Notes: a model not told the origin generated them from the sequence alone. DNA of 63,847 nt, filler included, from Rhabdomonas costata (GCA_019059605.1; 40 parts of 40 records of this genome joined end to end with filler, not necessarily neighbours in it), one strand, 5' to 3'. Counted from the whole stretch's first letter, positions 36,413-49,649 are shown. Made by a program: numbers and translations.

Positions 36413-39400
36413 CTGTGCACACGAAAAAGAAGGTTTGCTGCCATCACAGAGCGCCCCTCCTTCTTAAGAGCGACCATGTTTATCCATGTTTATCCATGCA
36501 AACGTGCAAGTGGGTTTGGAGAAAGTAATGTAAATCTAAACAAGTCAGGCACGACCAATAATGCCCTCCGACTTATTGGTCTACAAACCACACAAGAGGA
36601 AGGCCAGAGCAACGAAAACGCGGCCAAAGTCGGATCATGGGGGTGAAGGGTGGGGACCACCCCAACCCAACACACCNNNNNNNNNNNNNNNNNNNNNNNN
36701 NNNNNNNNNNNNNNNNNNNNTTAATTAATTAANNNNNNNNNNNNNNNNNNNNNNNNNNNNNNNNNNNNNNNNNNNNGTTGGGGTGTTTAGAGACATCCAC
36801 ACGATAATGGAATTGCTGATAATATGAGTGTTTTTATCCCATATCATGCTGAGTAGCAGATTTGTTTTCGTTGGAAACAAGCGTGGACGCGATGGGATAG
36901 ATGGCCATTGTGGCGCTGTATGGAACCGGATTTCCATAAAGGAGGTGACTTTAGTGGGAACTATTCACCTCTTTAACTGGTAGCTTATTGGTCAGTATTA
37001 TAACCCACCATCGGCGTTTTTTCAGTTTTGGGACTGTGTTTTTGTGATTAAGGGACTGTGTACTTGTTGGTGACATCCGCTGCTGCAGCTGCCTTTGTAT
37101 ATGTTTAATCATGGTGCGCTTTCTGTGTGTGTGTTTGCTAGGAGAATGTGTAACGCGTGACACAAAAGAGAATCGGCTTCATCGGGAAGCCTAAAATAAT
37201 GGCGCGGTCGCACTCAAGCATGAGCACGACAGAGACTTCTACCATTAGGGTTTCATCAGCCAGCGTAGTTTGGAAGATGAAGACTTAATTTAAATCAACG
37301 TACCCTGAGCGCCAACCCCTTCAATCCCATGCATAGATTGAGAACCCGACACGCCAAACACGGAAACACCACCGCAGGGAACACCACTATTGACACCCGA
37401 CCCACACCCGACCCACACCCACCGGCAACACCACCACCCACACCAGAAGCCACAGCGAACCCACGCACCACTCCAAACAAGCACACAATCAACACCTCCA
37501 TCACCGCAATGCACAAAGCCTGGTGATAAATCGCCCAGATCACACCGTAGAAAGGCAAGAACTACCACTCATGAGAAATTAACGCATGAGCGACAATAGG
37601 GTTTGCATGCACACAGTTACCATGATGTTAGAAGCGATCGAGCACACATACACAGAATAAGCGCGGGAATACGCAAGATAGCAGCATCACCACACAACAG
37701 CAGCTGCACCCTGCACCAAACACCCACCCACATGACACGTATAGTTTACCAAATGCAAAACCAACAGGTGGACAAGCACAAGCACCGTAATTACCATGTG
37801 TAAGAAGAATTGCGCGCCGAAACACCGATTCACCGTAACACAAGACACCACCCAACCATCACACAAAAACTCCAAGATCTGAACACACACCACAAGAAGC
37901 GCAGTAAGTGAATGAATCACGTGAGATCAAATCACCACCAAAGCCCACATAGACATCTGACCGTACAACAACAAATACACGGTGAAGCAAGCACCTCACA
38001 CACAGCATCAACCAGATCCCCACACCAATGCACCAGATAGCACCACGATACAACGAAGAAAGATGCAACAAATAACGCAGCATATGATATTACACGAACC
38101 TGAAGAACACAAAAGCACCTTTCACATGAATACCGCGCAAAAACACGACAACATTCAATTCCCAACATACAGCCACCACACTCGAGAACTATAACTTGGC
38201 AAAAGGACAATGCCAACACGCAAGCACACACCACGTAGCCAATTGCAATCCCACACACACTCCTGCACAAAACCCNNNNNNNNNNNNNNNNNNNNNNNNN
38301 NNNNNNNNNNNNNNNNNNNTTAATTAATTAANNNNNNNNNNNNNNNNNNNNNNNNNNNNNNNNNNNNNNNNNNNNTGTTGTGAAACTGAAATTTCAGTTG
38401 TCTTCGAACGTCAGTTGTGCGGGACGGTGATTGGACGCCAGACGCTCCAGTTTCCATGCCGTAGCGATACGGCATGGAAACAGCCAGCCTCGTGTTCCTG
38501 TGGATATAAGTTGAAGTATTACCGTTCTCTTCAGTCATCTCTCCGGCCTTAGTTGTCCGTCCCTTCTCTCCTTGTGATCTTCTTCATCTTGCCCTTCTCT
38601 GGCCGCTTATACCTTACCTCCCACACTCGTCACTCTCTCCCACACTCTGGTCACTCACTTCCCACAGCCGAACGTGCACAGTCGAACGGCAGTTTTCACA
38701 GGGTTTCTATCATGCAAATTTGGTGGGGACGGCGGGAGGTATACGTATGTATATTGTTTGAGGATTGCCAACATGTTAAATAGGAAGGGTCGGAATGCAG
38801 CACTGTATGGTTGCGGCTGTGTTGGGTTAGGCACCAGGGTCAGTACGGAGATGCGAGCTTGGGTGTACGCGTCCCGCATCGTGTAAGCTTGGGTTGGGGT
38901 GATCTTATGAAAGTTTGTAATATGAAACCTGTTTTTTGTTTTTATGGAGCAAAAAGTTCTTTTACAGCCCTGTCCTCTGCACGGTGCGCGCTCAACGTCA
39001 CGAGCTGCTCCAGCTGGTTGCAAAGTTCCCAATTCCAAGCAGCATTGCCACTGCTAGGTTATGGCTTGGAAGCCCAAAAAATACTTGTTGTGGGCTCTAA
39101 GTCGCCCAATTTGGCCAAGTTCACTGAGGTTAGCGCGCTGCCTCACTCAGAGTCTGGGCTATGAAGAAAGCGTGCTCCCTCGCTGAGGCTGGGCATGTAT
39201 GTCAGACCCGGATCGAGATGGCAGTCCTTCCGGGGGGGGGGTGCCGCCCACTGGAAAGGGCTTTTCCTGAGGCACGGTTGGAGGTGGAACCTCCTCCCAC
39301 TCGCTTACTCATGGTTTAAAGAACCCCCCTGCCCCCTTGTGATGCCGCATTTTTACTCTTGAGTGTGTGGAGCCTGAAGTTTCCGCTCTGGATTTTTGAT

Positions 39401-41729
39401 TCGCGTTGATTCGCTCGTCTCTCTTGTTGTTCTCTGCGTGGCTCGCTCTCTGTCCTTGCTTGTCCTGCGGGATGAGCTATTCTTGCATCATATCCGCGTC
39501 CGCGGGCATCTCTCTTTCCACTGTGGGTGCGACTATGAGGGGGAGCGGGGTTTTTTCGAACCCATTCTTTTCTTTTTGAGCCAAAGCATGATTTTCACGA
39601 CTGTGCTGTGTCTGTGTGCTACTTGCCCTCAATGACGGCATAAGCCGCGCCTGCTCTATTGCTTCCTCGTGGTGGCTCACCGAACCACTGTGGGGCTCCC
39701 CGTTTGTGCGGGCAAATAATGTTGCTGCCGTGAGTACGTATTTCGGTGCTCAGAGAAGTTTGATTTCGATCCCATAGCAGTTTTCTTCGAATTGCTGCTA
39801 TTCATCCCAGTATTGCACACAATGGCACTCGCTGGCACTCGCTCGCGCCCGCCGAGGTGGCGGCGCGCAACTNNNNNNNNNNNNNNNNNNNNNNNNNNNN
39901 NNNNNNNNNNNNNNNNTTAATTAATTAANNNNNNNNNNNNNNNNNNNNNNNNNNNNNNNNNNNNNNNNNNNNGATTGATTGATTGCCGGACTTTGAACAC
40001 TGGACTTGTGTGATTGATGATTTATGATTTATGATTTGGGTAAAAAAGAAAAGCCTGCTTTCTTCTTCTTCTTCTTCTTTTGACAAAGAAAAAAGAAGGC
40101 TTTTCTTTTTACCAAAATCATAAATCTCGCTTTGGGTCTCTCATAACCATAAAGGTCGCTTTGGGTGATCGTACGCAAAACGAGCAAGGAAAGGAACCCG
40201 CCAACGCGGTCCTTATTTCCGCTCGCAATAATCCCAGAAAATTCGACGGTAACCGACGAGAAGGCAGACCTCCTGCCTCCTCCCTTTCTTCTTCCGTCAT
40301 TCTGTAGTGAGGACTCTTGACGCAGGACATTGAACCTGGTCAATGATCATTGTGACCATGGGAGATCATATGAGACTGTGCCGCTGGGGAGGGGTCACAA
40401 ACAAACAAGCAAACAAACACCCAGACCACGGATCACCCAGCGGGCCCGAGACAGAGAATCTCAGCGCTGTGGGTGCTGGAGAGGAGACGCGGCTGTAGAC
40501 CGGCACACACAAGCACAGACATGGAAATCACACACGCAGATCTGATTGAAGTCGCCGTGCGTCCGAGTATGCGAGGGTATGCTTGGGGAAAGTCACAGAG
40601 AAGTCACATTTCGCGGAATTTCCCACATCCCAACACCCAACAGCCAGGAGAATGATTTTGTGCCCGAATTGGAACCAGGTGCTCCTATGGTCTAATGGAC
40701 TAACAATTATGTGTTTTTTGTACTTTCGTGGTCGTGGTAAGCGTGTTCAATCCCGCTCGAATTTCGAGATCTGGTGTCGGAACATTGTGAAAACGTGGAA
40801 AGAAGAAAAACGGAGTGACAATATTTGAGATTTGTTAATCCTCTCCTGCTCCGCAATGTACCAACTGACCAGACATGGTGACAGGTGTCCCTTTCTTCGA
40901 TTGTGTTTAAATAATCGTTACCACTTTCGAGGTCACCTGTTGCTATTTTATGTTATCTGTATGCTGCATCTGAAGTGCGTGGGTGTTTGCCTCAGGTTGA
41001 CTTTGTGCTGCTTTTTTGTTCTGTGAGTCTGTGCTGTTCTGAAAGTATCTCGGCTTGACGACCTGTGCTTTTGAGCGGCGCGGAGCAGCGCCGAGGTTCC
41101 AGGAGTGGCAGAAGCTCTGGGTAGTGCCCCAGTCCTCGGTGAAATAAGCTGCCCGACTTCCGCGTCGGGGCTGCCTTGCGGGCCCCTGCCTTTCCGGAGG
41201 GCTGCAACCTGTGCGCTGTGAGACACCTCGCATGTCTCTTGCGGACACTTCTCTGCGCCGCGAAAAGACGCTGTGCCTGTGAGGCGGGCCAGTTTTATCT
41301 TTTTCAGACTTCGCCACAGCAGCAGTGGCCCCTGTGCAATGGGGTGCGGAACAAGTACCATGCCTAAGCTGGCGTCACAGTCGGCCATGCCGGAGAGGAA
41401 GCCCGCGACCAGAAAAGGTGCGTGTGCCCGGAAAAAGCTGACTAGAGAGATAACGGATCAACCACCCACANNNNNNNNNNNNNNNNNNNNNNNNNNNNNN
41501 NNNNNNNNNNNNNNTTAATTAATTAANNNNNNNNNNNNNNNNNNNNNNNNNNNNNNNNNNNNNNNNNNNNGCAGAGAGTGGAGTTTCGTGAAAGCGGTTG
41601 GAGCGCGGTGTAGCAGGCATGGAGTAAGAACCAAGGACCAGTATTGCGCGAGACGTTGAACCAGAAGTACTACTGTAGCGCTGTGAAGGTCGTGTACTAT
41701 GCGATGTGTCACATACACCGCGTGCAACC

Positions 41730-41975
41730 GCCGGTCTTACGTCTGAGTGGTCCGGGGGCCGGGCTCCTTGCCGCAAGGTCGCGGGTTAGATTCCCGGACC
41801 AGGCCGTGGCGGCCAAGCCAAGACGAGTAGCCCGTCTTGGCTCCTGGTTCCCGTCTTCCCCAGGTGTGAAACCCATGCGGCGTGGGCAGGGGGCCGTGCG
41901 GAGCAGCCCCCGCGTGTTCCCGTGCGTAGCGGGGTCCGTAACATTCAGCTTCTCATAAATCAACAAATAAATGAC
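41730..41975 (+). mobile_element. tRNA-derived SINE candidate (75-nt tRNA-like head, GC-rich hairpin body, A-rich tail)
   Basis: GCCGGTC...TGAGTGG (A box)...AGGTC GCGGG TTAGATT CCCG (variable loop + T arm/B box) ACCAGGC; tail ATAAATCAACAAATAAAT. Confidence 0.65.
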
Positions 41976-42214
41976 TCCAGCTCACTCTCAAAAAGAAATG
42001 ATATCAAATGCTCCACCTCTCTGGCTCAACTCTGAAGATCCTTCTGCTGCACAACCACACTCTACGGATTCGTAACTTATCGATCCAAACTTCTCCAAGC
42101 TCCGTTTACAACCTCTTGTTACACTACCACTCAACTTATTTACATAATAAGTACGAAAACAATGTGGACAACCTTGGCGGTGGTCTCAGCTCCCAACTCT
42201 CTGAAAAAGAAAGC

Positions 42215-42540
42215 TTACAACATCTCAATCACATCCGCACTGTAATTTCCTCCAACAGAGGAAACCAAGTTGCAAGGTGTAACTAGAAACACTTGCGCTT
42301 TATCTCTGCAGAGCTTCACAAGCATCAATGGGATTAAACTCCGCGTAGAATTTGCGTACAAGCAAACATTTGGACTCCACTCATACGCAAATGCGTTACA
42401 GCCTAGCGCTGCCTCATACCACTCCTCTGTCGTATACATCGGCAAATGGTTACGCCTCTTGGACGCAAACAAATCCACTCATGGTGTTATCAACAGCCTG
42501 TGACATGCCTCTCCAAAAACACGAGTGTCTAATTTCATCT
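42215..42540 (-). mobile_element. DIRS-like retroelement methyltransferase-like domain, pseudogenised
   Basis: KLDTRVFGEACHRLLITP*VDLFASKRRNHLPMY...NAFAYEWSPNVCLYANSTRSLIPLMLVKLCRDKAQVFLVTP. Confidence 0.8.
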
Positions 42541-44766
42541 CTTCTTCCGTACTGACACCGTATTAGAGTGCTCGCACGGAAGTCTTCTTAGCATCACCTC
42601 TCCAAAAGCGTCTTATCCAACACCATCAGCCTGCATAGCACCTAGCCGTGAACCTTCTGGACTTCCACGGCACGTCAACTCCTCCTTAGCTACAAAAAAT
42701 AAAAAATATTTTTAAATGTTTTGTTTTTTCCTGAGCTGCTCTATATTTAGCTCTATCCAGCTTTAACTACTCGTCATACCATTCTCGCCATTTCTGTGTC
42801 GTTCTATCAATTAACGTACCGCAATATTCGAAGCTCCTGGACCTCTTCTCCAACGCTCTCGTTCAAATCTTGCGGCGCAGACGGCTCCGAAACGGCCACT
42901 TCCAGCCTCCTGATTTCTGGCACCGCCTTCTCAGACCTCGGTCTGAGACGACCTTTTCAAAGCTCCCCATTTTGCTTCACAACCTTGTTCCCATGAGACA
43001 ATATCGAAGAAATAATCCGCCCTGCACCCAACACCTTCAATTGGGGGTTTTCGACCTCTCTGGAAACTNNNNNNNNNNNNNNNNNNNNNNNNNNNNNNNN
43101 NNNNNNNNNNNNTTAATTAATTAANNNNNNNNNNNNNNNNNNNNNNNNNNNNNNNNNNNNNNNNNNNNTTTTGGGGTTTGGTTTCACGGGTGACGGGCGT
43201 CGTCGCACACTTATGCTACCTGGCTCTCAGAGACCGAAAATGCCTTCCAGAAAATCCTCGAGTCTTCAAGGACATTACTGCACGTGCTGAAGCGGGAGAG
43301 CACTCAGCTTCGAAAGAAGTCTGACGGTGCGACAGTGCCCCCATCTTCTCTACAAGCCATTTCCCTCCCTTCACCTCCCTGCCCCACGCAGATAACCCTA
43401 CCTCAGCACTTACTGTCGCTGTCGCCAGAGTAATAATAGAGGTAACAAAACCTGTGTCGATGTGGGATTACTCAGCACCTTCTACATTTTTTCATTCCCT
43501 TGTCGGGTGCTGTCCATTTGCCATTCGGCTTCCCCCCCCCACACCCACACACACTCAATTTCAGCTGTCCGGCGCAGCTTCCACCAGAACACCATGTAAA
43601 AAACAACCTCGGCAGAGGCTAAAACTCAGAAGAAAAAACTCGCAAATGTTGAAAACCACAGTGTTTTTTTTTCGCAAGTTGAGGTTGAGTTGCATTGCGC
43701 ATCCAGCTGATTCTCGAAAATTTTGAGAACACTTATCTTATCCTGTGCCCTACTGCTACACATTCTCTATTCAGGTTCCGGTTGATGAACCTGACCGTCT
43801 GCTTACACCTTGTACATAAGAATTAGCTTGCTGCTCTCGTGAAGTGTGATGTTTGTAAAGGTATCGCTTGTGTAAATAGAACATAACTGCGGTGAACCAT
43901 TGCAAAATAGTATCGCACTTTGCTGCTGTTGCTGCGTCACCGGAGGATGTATCTTTTCCATCACACGTGCCGACCCGCCAGTTCGAACCATAGACCATCC
44001 AGTCAGAGTGCAAGATTGTGAGCCGGAATAGCCATAGTTCAACTTCAGCAACAAAGGAGTGCTGCATAGTCACCGCGGTTCGTGACGTGCTGGTGCTTTT
44101 TGGGCGGTGGAGAATCAGGGCGTTGACCTCTGGGGGTTGTTCTTCTCGAAAACAGGGGGAAATAATTTGAACACGGGATGTTCCCCTGTTCTTTTCGGAC
44201 TGCCCCTTCATTTGTGGACCGCCCCTGCTGAGATCACGGGTTCCGCCCACAACGCTTGACCCGCTTTCCTTGTATACGCCCGCGTTGTGACGCCGAAAAA
44301 CGCCCAAAGGAGAACTGCTCAGTGTGAGCATTTTTTTGATCAACCCTCCTTCCACGCCCCGCCGGCGGGGCATTCCCCGCCAGTTTTCGTAGGGCTTGTC
44401 GTTATTTTCCTTTTTTAATCGAAATCGTAAGGAGGGACTCCTTCACGTTTTTGTTGCCTGCGCCGTCCGCCCTTATATTTTAGAAACGGATTCCTCTCCA
44501 CCCCGGCCCTTTCCATGCCCGGGCTTGCCAACCACCCCAGCGAAAATCTCCCGGTCAAAAATTCTCTCTTCCCCATTCAGCCCCCTTGCCCACAGTTCAG
44601 TAAATGCAATTTCCTTGCAATTCCTTAAAAAGCCACGGTTTAAGCCCGCTCTCGTCCCAACCCCCCNNNNNNNNNNNNNNNNNNNNNNNNNNNNNNNNNN
44701 NNNNNNNNNNTTAATTAATTAANNNNNNNNNNNNNNNNNNNNNNNNNNNNNNNNNNNNNNNNNNNN

Positions 44767-46150
44767 CTGACGACAATTCGCTTGAGCCAGCGAAGAAACC
44801 CAGCCCCACAGCCCGGATACCCCCGACCGGGCCCGGTAGCACGGGAACAGGCCAGAAAAGCCATGCGGAGGCTTCCCAACCACTAGGTGTTGGCCACGAC
44901 AGGAGCAAACTCCACTCCTTCTTCGCAAAATCCTCACCTTACGTTTTGCATCACGCTGCCTTCAAAGGTTTCGTTCGGCCTGCTCCCGAGCTTGACACAG
45001 CGGAAACTGTCCCAAAAACAAAGCAGGGTAAACACCAGGGGAGTGGGGGTGGGGTGGCGTGGGCCCTTTAACCCCGTCAACAACCTATAAGGTGTTCAGG
45101 TCTTTTATGCACTCCAACTGCCTCAAGCAGCTGGGGTCGCTGTTGTTTCCTCTCTTTTCTTTTCTTTTCTTTTCTTTTCTTTTCTTTTCTTTTCTTTTCT
45201 TTTCTTTAGCAAAGACTCCCGGCACTGCGGCACAAGTAAGCACGTAAGAAACAAAGACGATAAGGCACAAATTTACTGTACATGCAAAGACTGAAACAGG
45301 ATAGGAATGTGAGGGTGACAGAAACGGGATGAGAAGCTGGAGGAGAAGGACAACATGCGTGTGAGAGGACGGGAGGGCACGTAGGTAATGCAAAGGGTTG
45401 GGTGGAAGCAGTCGCAGGGATGGAACCTGTGAAGAAAAAAGGGAATGAGGAAGATATCGGAAGGAAGAGGGGAGTGGTGAGGGAAGGGAAGGGAAGGGAA
45501 GGGAATGAAAGGGAAGGCACTAAGGCAGGAAGTGAGTCAAAGAGAAGCGTAGCACCTTCGGAAGGCCCCTGCAACAGGCTTGGGGGGCTGATCGGGCTGT
45601 TTCCCGTGCATGAGGGAGCCTGTGGTGCCTCCATTTCCTGTCCTCCGCTTGGTGTACTCGACTTGGGTCAGTTTGAGTTCCGTGGCAGTTGCTTCAGGAG
45701 CGAGTGTGGGGGACCGACGGTGCCCGTCTGTTTGCACTACCACCCCAAGACCCAGCTGACGACAATTCGCTTGAGCCAGCGAAGAAACCCAGCCCCACAG
45801 CCCGGATACCCCCGACCGGGCCCGGTAGCACGGGAACAGGCCAGAAAAGCCGTGCGGAGGCTTCCCAACCACTAGGTGTTGGTGGGGTGGGGGGGTTAAC
45901 GCAGCGGACCGTCGCAAAAGGCGACCCGTGAACTTCTCCTGAAAGAGAGGAGGGCGTTTGCCTCGCCAGAAAAAGGCACAACCGGAAGAAACCTTCCGGT
46001 CAGTCAACCCCCACCCCCTTTCCCCGGTGAACAACCTGTAAGGTGTTCGGCCTTTTTTGAACTCCAACTGCCTCATTCTTTCAGAAGTGTGTGCAACTGC
46101 CTCAAGCAGCCGGGTCGCTGCTGTTGTTTCCTCTCTTCTCTTTTCTTTTC
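44767..46150 (+). repeat. Tandem duplication with ~990-bp period (44767-44891 = 45756-45880; 45063-45160 similar to 46015-46150)
   Basis: A 125-bp block that differs by a single substitution as read by eye, plus a second diverged block; (CTTTT)n at about 45153-45207. Confidence 0.9.
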
Positions 46151-46879
46151 TTTTCGGGTCACGTCTAACGAAACGAACTCTGCCCCAGTCCCCCCACACA
46201 CCCACCAACAAAAAAAACACGGTCGGTTCCGGCTTGCACAGATGAAAGCAGTTGTCCCCAGAAAGGNNNNNNNNNNNNNNNNNNNNNNNNNNNNNNNNNN
46301 NNNNNNNNNNTTAATTAATTAANNNNNNNNNNNNNNNNNNNNNNNNNNNNNNNNNNNNNNNNNNNNGGGGTTTTGTGGTGCGTTGTTGTTCTGGAGCGTG
46401 CGGTGAGGGTCGGTGGTGCACCTGGTGCTATTGGTCCTTCTTTTAGTGTTGCTTCGGATACCTCTACAGGGCTGGGAACATCAGTGGAGTTATATTTCAT
46501 GCACACATGGCTACAGGTGATATGGGGCCAGTGGTGAGAGGGATGCCTAAGGGTGCGTGTATCCTGGGCCCATGATGAAGGATAGCCACCTCAGTCATGC
46601 CTCATACGTTTGCGTTCCGACAGTCCGATAGCACATGCTATCGAACCCCAAGTGGTTGGTCGAGCTCGTTAGCATTTGCTGTCTGACCGCGATATCAAAC
46701 GCCACTCTCGGGACTTTGGATCGGTGGCATTTGTTACTGAGAGGGGCATTAACGGATCGGTACGCGTTTTGGAAGGGGTGCTGTATGTACAAAAGACGCA
46801 GGTCTGCCCTCTGGACGCAGCTTTTTAGAGTTTCCTGGAAAAGGGAGAGGGATCTTCTTTTTGCTTGTTCTTCTCTCAG

Positions 46880-47469
46880 AGTTGGCCTACCAACGCGGAA
46901 AGAGTAGAGCTCTGCGAGACGCAGTGGCGGACGTCAGGAGCAGCGACAGTGCAAGAGTTGAGTCTGGTCTTAATGCTCTTGTAAAGGCAATCGACACCGA
47001 CAGTGTGTTTCACGCTTCTGAGAGAGTGCCTTTGTTAACTCCTGGTCGCTGCTTTTTGTGTTGGGGTGGTGGGGGTGGGGGGTTGCTTTTATTCAACAGA
47101 GGGGAACGACCTGGGAACAAAGGGTCAGGTCATTGACTATGGCCTTTCTGCTGTTGTGCGCCTATTCTGCAAAGACTGCCTGACAAAACATCCCAGGCAC
47201 CTGCTTTGCCTCGCGTTGAAAGTCATTCAAAAGTGTGCTGACGAAGGTGTGTCTGCGATTCTCGCTGGTTGCTTTCAGAGGTATGCTTGGGTCATGTAAA
47301 AATGTTTGGTTTGGTTCAGCGGAAGGCCGCTCAGCGGTCGCCTCGTGTGGCATTGTGGACGTTTTGCTGCGTATTCTGGCGGAGCTATCCAACATTCAGC
47401 AATTTACCGCAGCTGACAGCAAGTTGCTGGGAGATGTGGCTGTCGCCCTAGCGGCCGTCACATCAGTTG
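46880..47469 (+). CDS. Armadillo-like repeat protein, exons 46880-47002, 47100-47246, 47320-47469
   Basis: Phase-1 GT-AG introns joining GLNALVKAI, VIDYGLSAVVRLF and EGRSAVASCGIVDVLLRIL. Confidence 0.65.
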
Positions 47470-47593
47470 GTTTGCTTTTTCCTTCTCCTTTCGTTGTTGG
47501 GGTGCATACAAAACAAAAAAGTCGGGCAAAGTTCCAGGGCTTTCCTCCCTTCTTCATCCCCTTGCCCACCGGAAAGGGGCTGGTGCAACCATA

Positions 47594-47825
47594 CCGTAAA
47601 AGTATCACGCTAATAAAAGTGTTTGATGGAGATAGTTCAGCACAAAAATGGAACGCCCTTGACGGTGTTTTGTTATTGATAATCTACCATTTCCCCCAAC
47701 ACTCAACGACTCAACGGGGATGATCTTTCTTGGTCCATGATCCATGCTTTTTCTTCTCGAAAAAATCCACTGAACTAAATCCGCTGAACTAACAGAAATG
47801 CAAATCAATATAAATACCCCTACGG
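47594..47825. mobile_element. Tc1/mariner/pogo-type MITE candidate
   Basis: TA|CCGTAaaaGTAT ... ATACcccTACGG|TA with subterminal TAGTTCAGC / GCTGAACTA inverted motif; AT-rich, 232 bp, intronic. Confidence 0.45.
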
Positions 47826-49050
47826 TATGTCTTTAAGTGTCTCATTTTATGGGAGCAACATTAGNNNNNNNNNNNNNNNNNNNNNNNNNNNNNNNNNNNN
47901 NNNNNNNNTTAATTAATTAANNNNNNNNNNNNNNNNNNNNNNNNNNNNNNNNNNNNNNNNNNNNTGTTGGTGGGCGAGAAGAAAAAACGGGAGAGGAAGA
48001 CGTGAAAAGCGGGAATGCTGTGAACCGATGGCGAGTAGATTGGAGGGGAGAAGAACACACTGCATGGACCGGGGACAGAAACCAACCGCTCATGTCGTGC
48101 TTTGCTGTTTCTGTTGGTCTGATAAGTTTGTTTTCACTGATGACCTCCCCTGCTGCTCTTGGCTTCTCACATGGGTGCGGATTCTGGTGGGAACGCGAGA
48201 GTAATTATACACGGACCCACCAACCTTGGGCGCGACAGGATACCACATAGCCCAAACGTACCAACCCCGTGCCGATGAGGACGAAGACACACGCCCGAAA
48301 AGAAGGTAAGATGAGAGTGCAGGTGCGCTTGCCTGTGTTGGTGGGTCCATTCACACACTAACGAGGCAGCGAAGGATGTGGTGCAGGGAAAGGGTCCAGC
48401 ATCTAGGGCTTTCTGGAGCACACCCATTAGGTGCTGGGCTTTCCTTTCAAAGGCTGACGAGTGGCAAAGCGGGAACCAACAAATGTGTGTTGCGCGGATA
48501 GCTCACTGGCTGGGACGTTGCTGGTATTTCCATGCACTTGGGCCCTTGCCTCTGCTCATGAGGTTTGCTGTTCCGGGACTCTCTCTCTCTCTCTCTCTCA
48601 GCGTTTGAATACGGGTTGTGGAGGAACACACCCTGAGCCCTGGAAGCGGCCGTCTGAGATGTTCCAGTCAATCTGCTCAATGGCGTCTTCCCCTGAGAAA
48701 AGAGACATCCGGGGAGGGGCTGATGCATTTCCCATGCCCCCAACCCAACTGAACTGCCTTTTCCTCCATGAACTTCATGTGGGTCATTACCCATACCACC
48801 CCACCATCAGCCTGGTTTGGTGGCTTTGGGATTATGGCAGCTTTGATTGATGCCAGTTCCAGCTTTTCGACTTTCGGTCTCGGTTTACTTATATTTTCTG
48901 TGTATACCCCCCCCCCCAAATATCCATCTACACTGTGATCTGCCATGCCCCACTCATCTTCCGCAGTAGGTCAGTTGTCCCTACGGAAACAGGCTTGTGC
49001 CTCCCTTGCAACATCCAGTGTCACGGGACAATCCCTTCCCTTTCTCGTAC

Positions 49051-49325
49051 CCAGGTGAGTGGCGTAATGCTGTCGCACGGCACGCTCCGTGACAAAGTTC
49101 GGGAGGTTGCCCAAGAGCACAGCCCTGGCCCCGCGGTCCTCGCCCTCGCCCTCGGAAGGCTCCGTTTTCCCCGCGGCGGCGGCCTTCCTTGCCGCATCGG
49201 CTTCGCTGCCGTGCTGCAGTACTCGAAACTGCACCGTGAGTGGGGTGGAGCCCTCCTCCTCGGCGCAGGGCGGGCGCAGTAGCTGAGCGTACTTGAAGTA
49301 CACCTCATTGCCCCACAGGATGGTG
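49051..49325 (-). CDS. Exon with RRM-like RNP2 segment (RRP7-like, tentative)
   Basis: RAVLLGNLPNFVTERAVRQHY bounded by CGCAG| and |GTACG. Confidence 0.5.
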
Positions 49326-49649
49326 CTGCGAGAGCGAGAGAGCAAGGAGCACAGAGGAAGAGGCGGCATAAGTCAAATCGTGCGTTCTTTGACGGTGATA
49401 GGGACCGGGCTGGCGCTGGGGAAGGGGCGGAGGCCCGGTCCCTATCACCGTCAAAAAACCCCNNNNNNNNNNNNNNNNNNNNNNNNNNNNNNNNNNNNNN
49501 NNNNNNTTAATTAATTAANNNNNNNNNNNNNNNNNNNNNNNNNNNNNNNNNNNNNNNNNNNNCATTTGTTCTGCCATTTCCTGCATACCTTTTGCTTCTT
49601 CATTTCTGTTTTACCATGTGTTTAGTTGCTCTTTTGTTTCTTCTAAACA

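Noticed and set aside
37245-37250. Telomeric TTAGGG
   Set aside because: Single hexamer, no array.
41885-41912. SRP RNA helix 8 (…CGGAGCAG…)
   Set aside because: No GNRA loop or correctly placed CAGG, and no Alu domain recognised.
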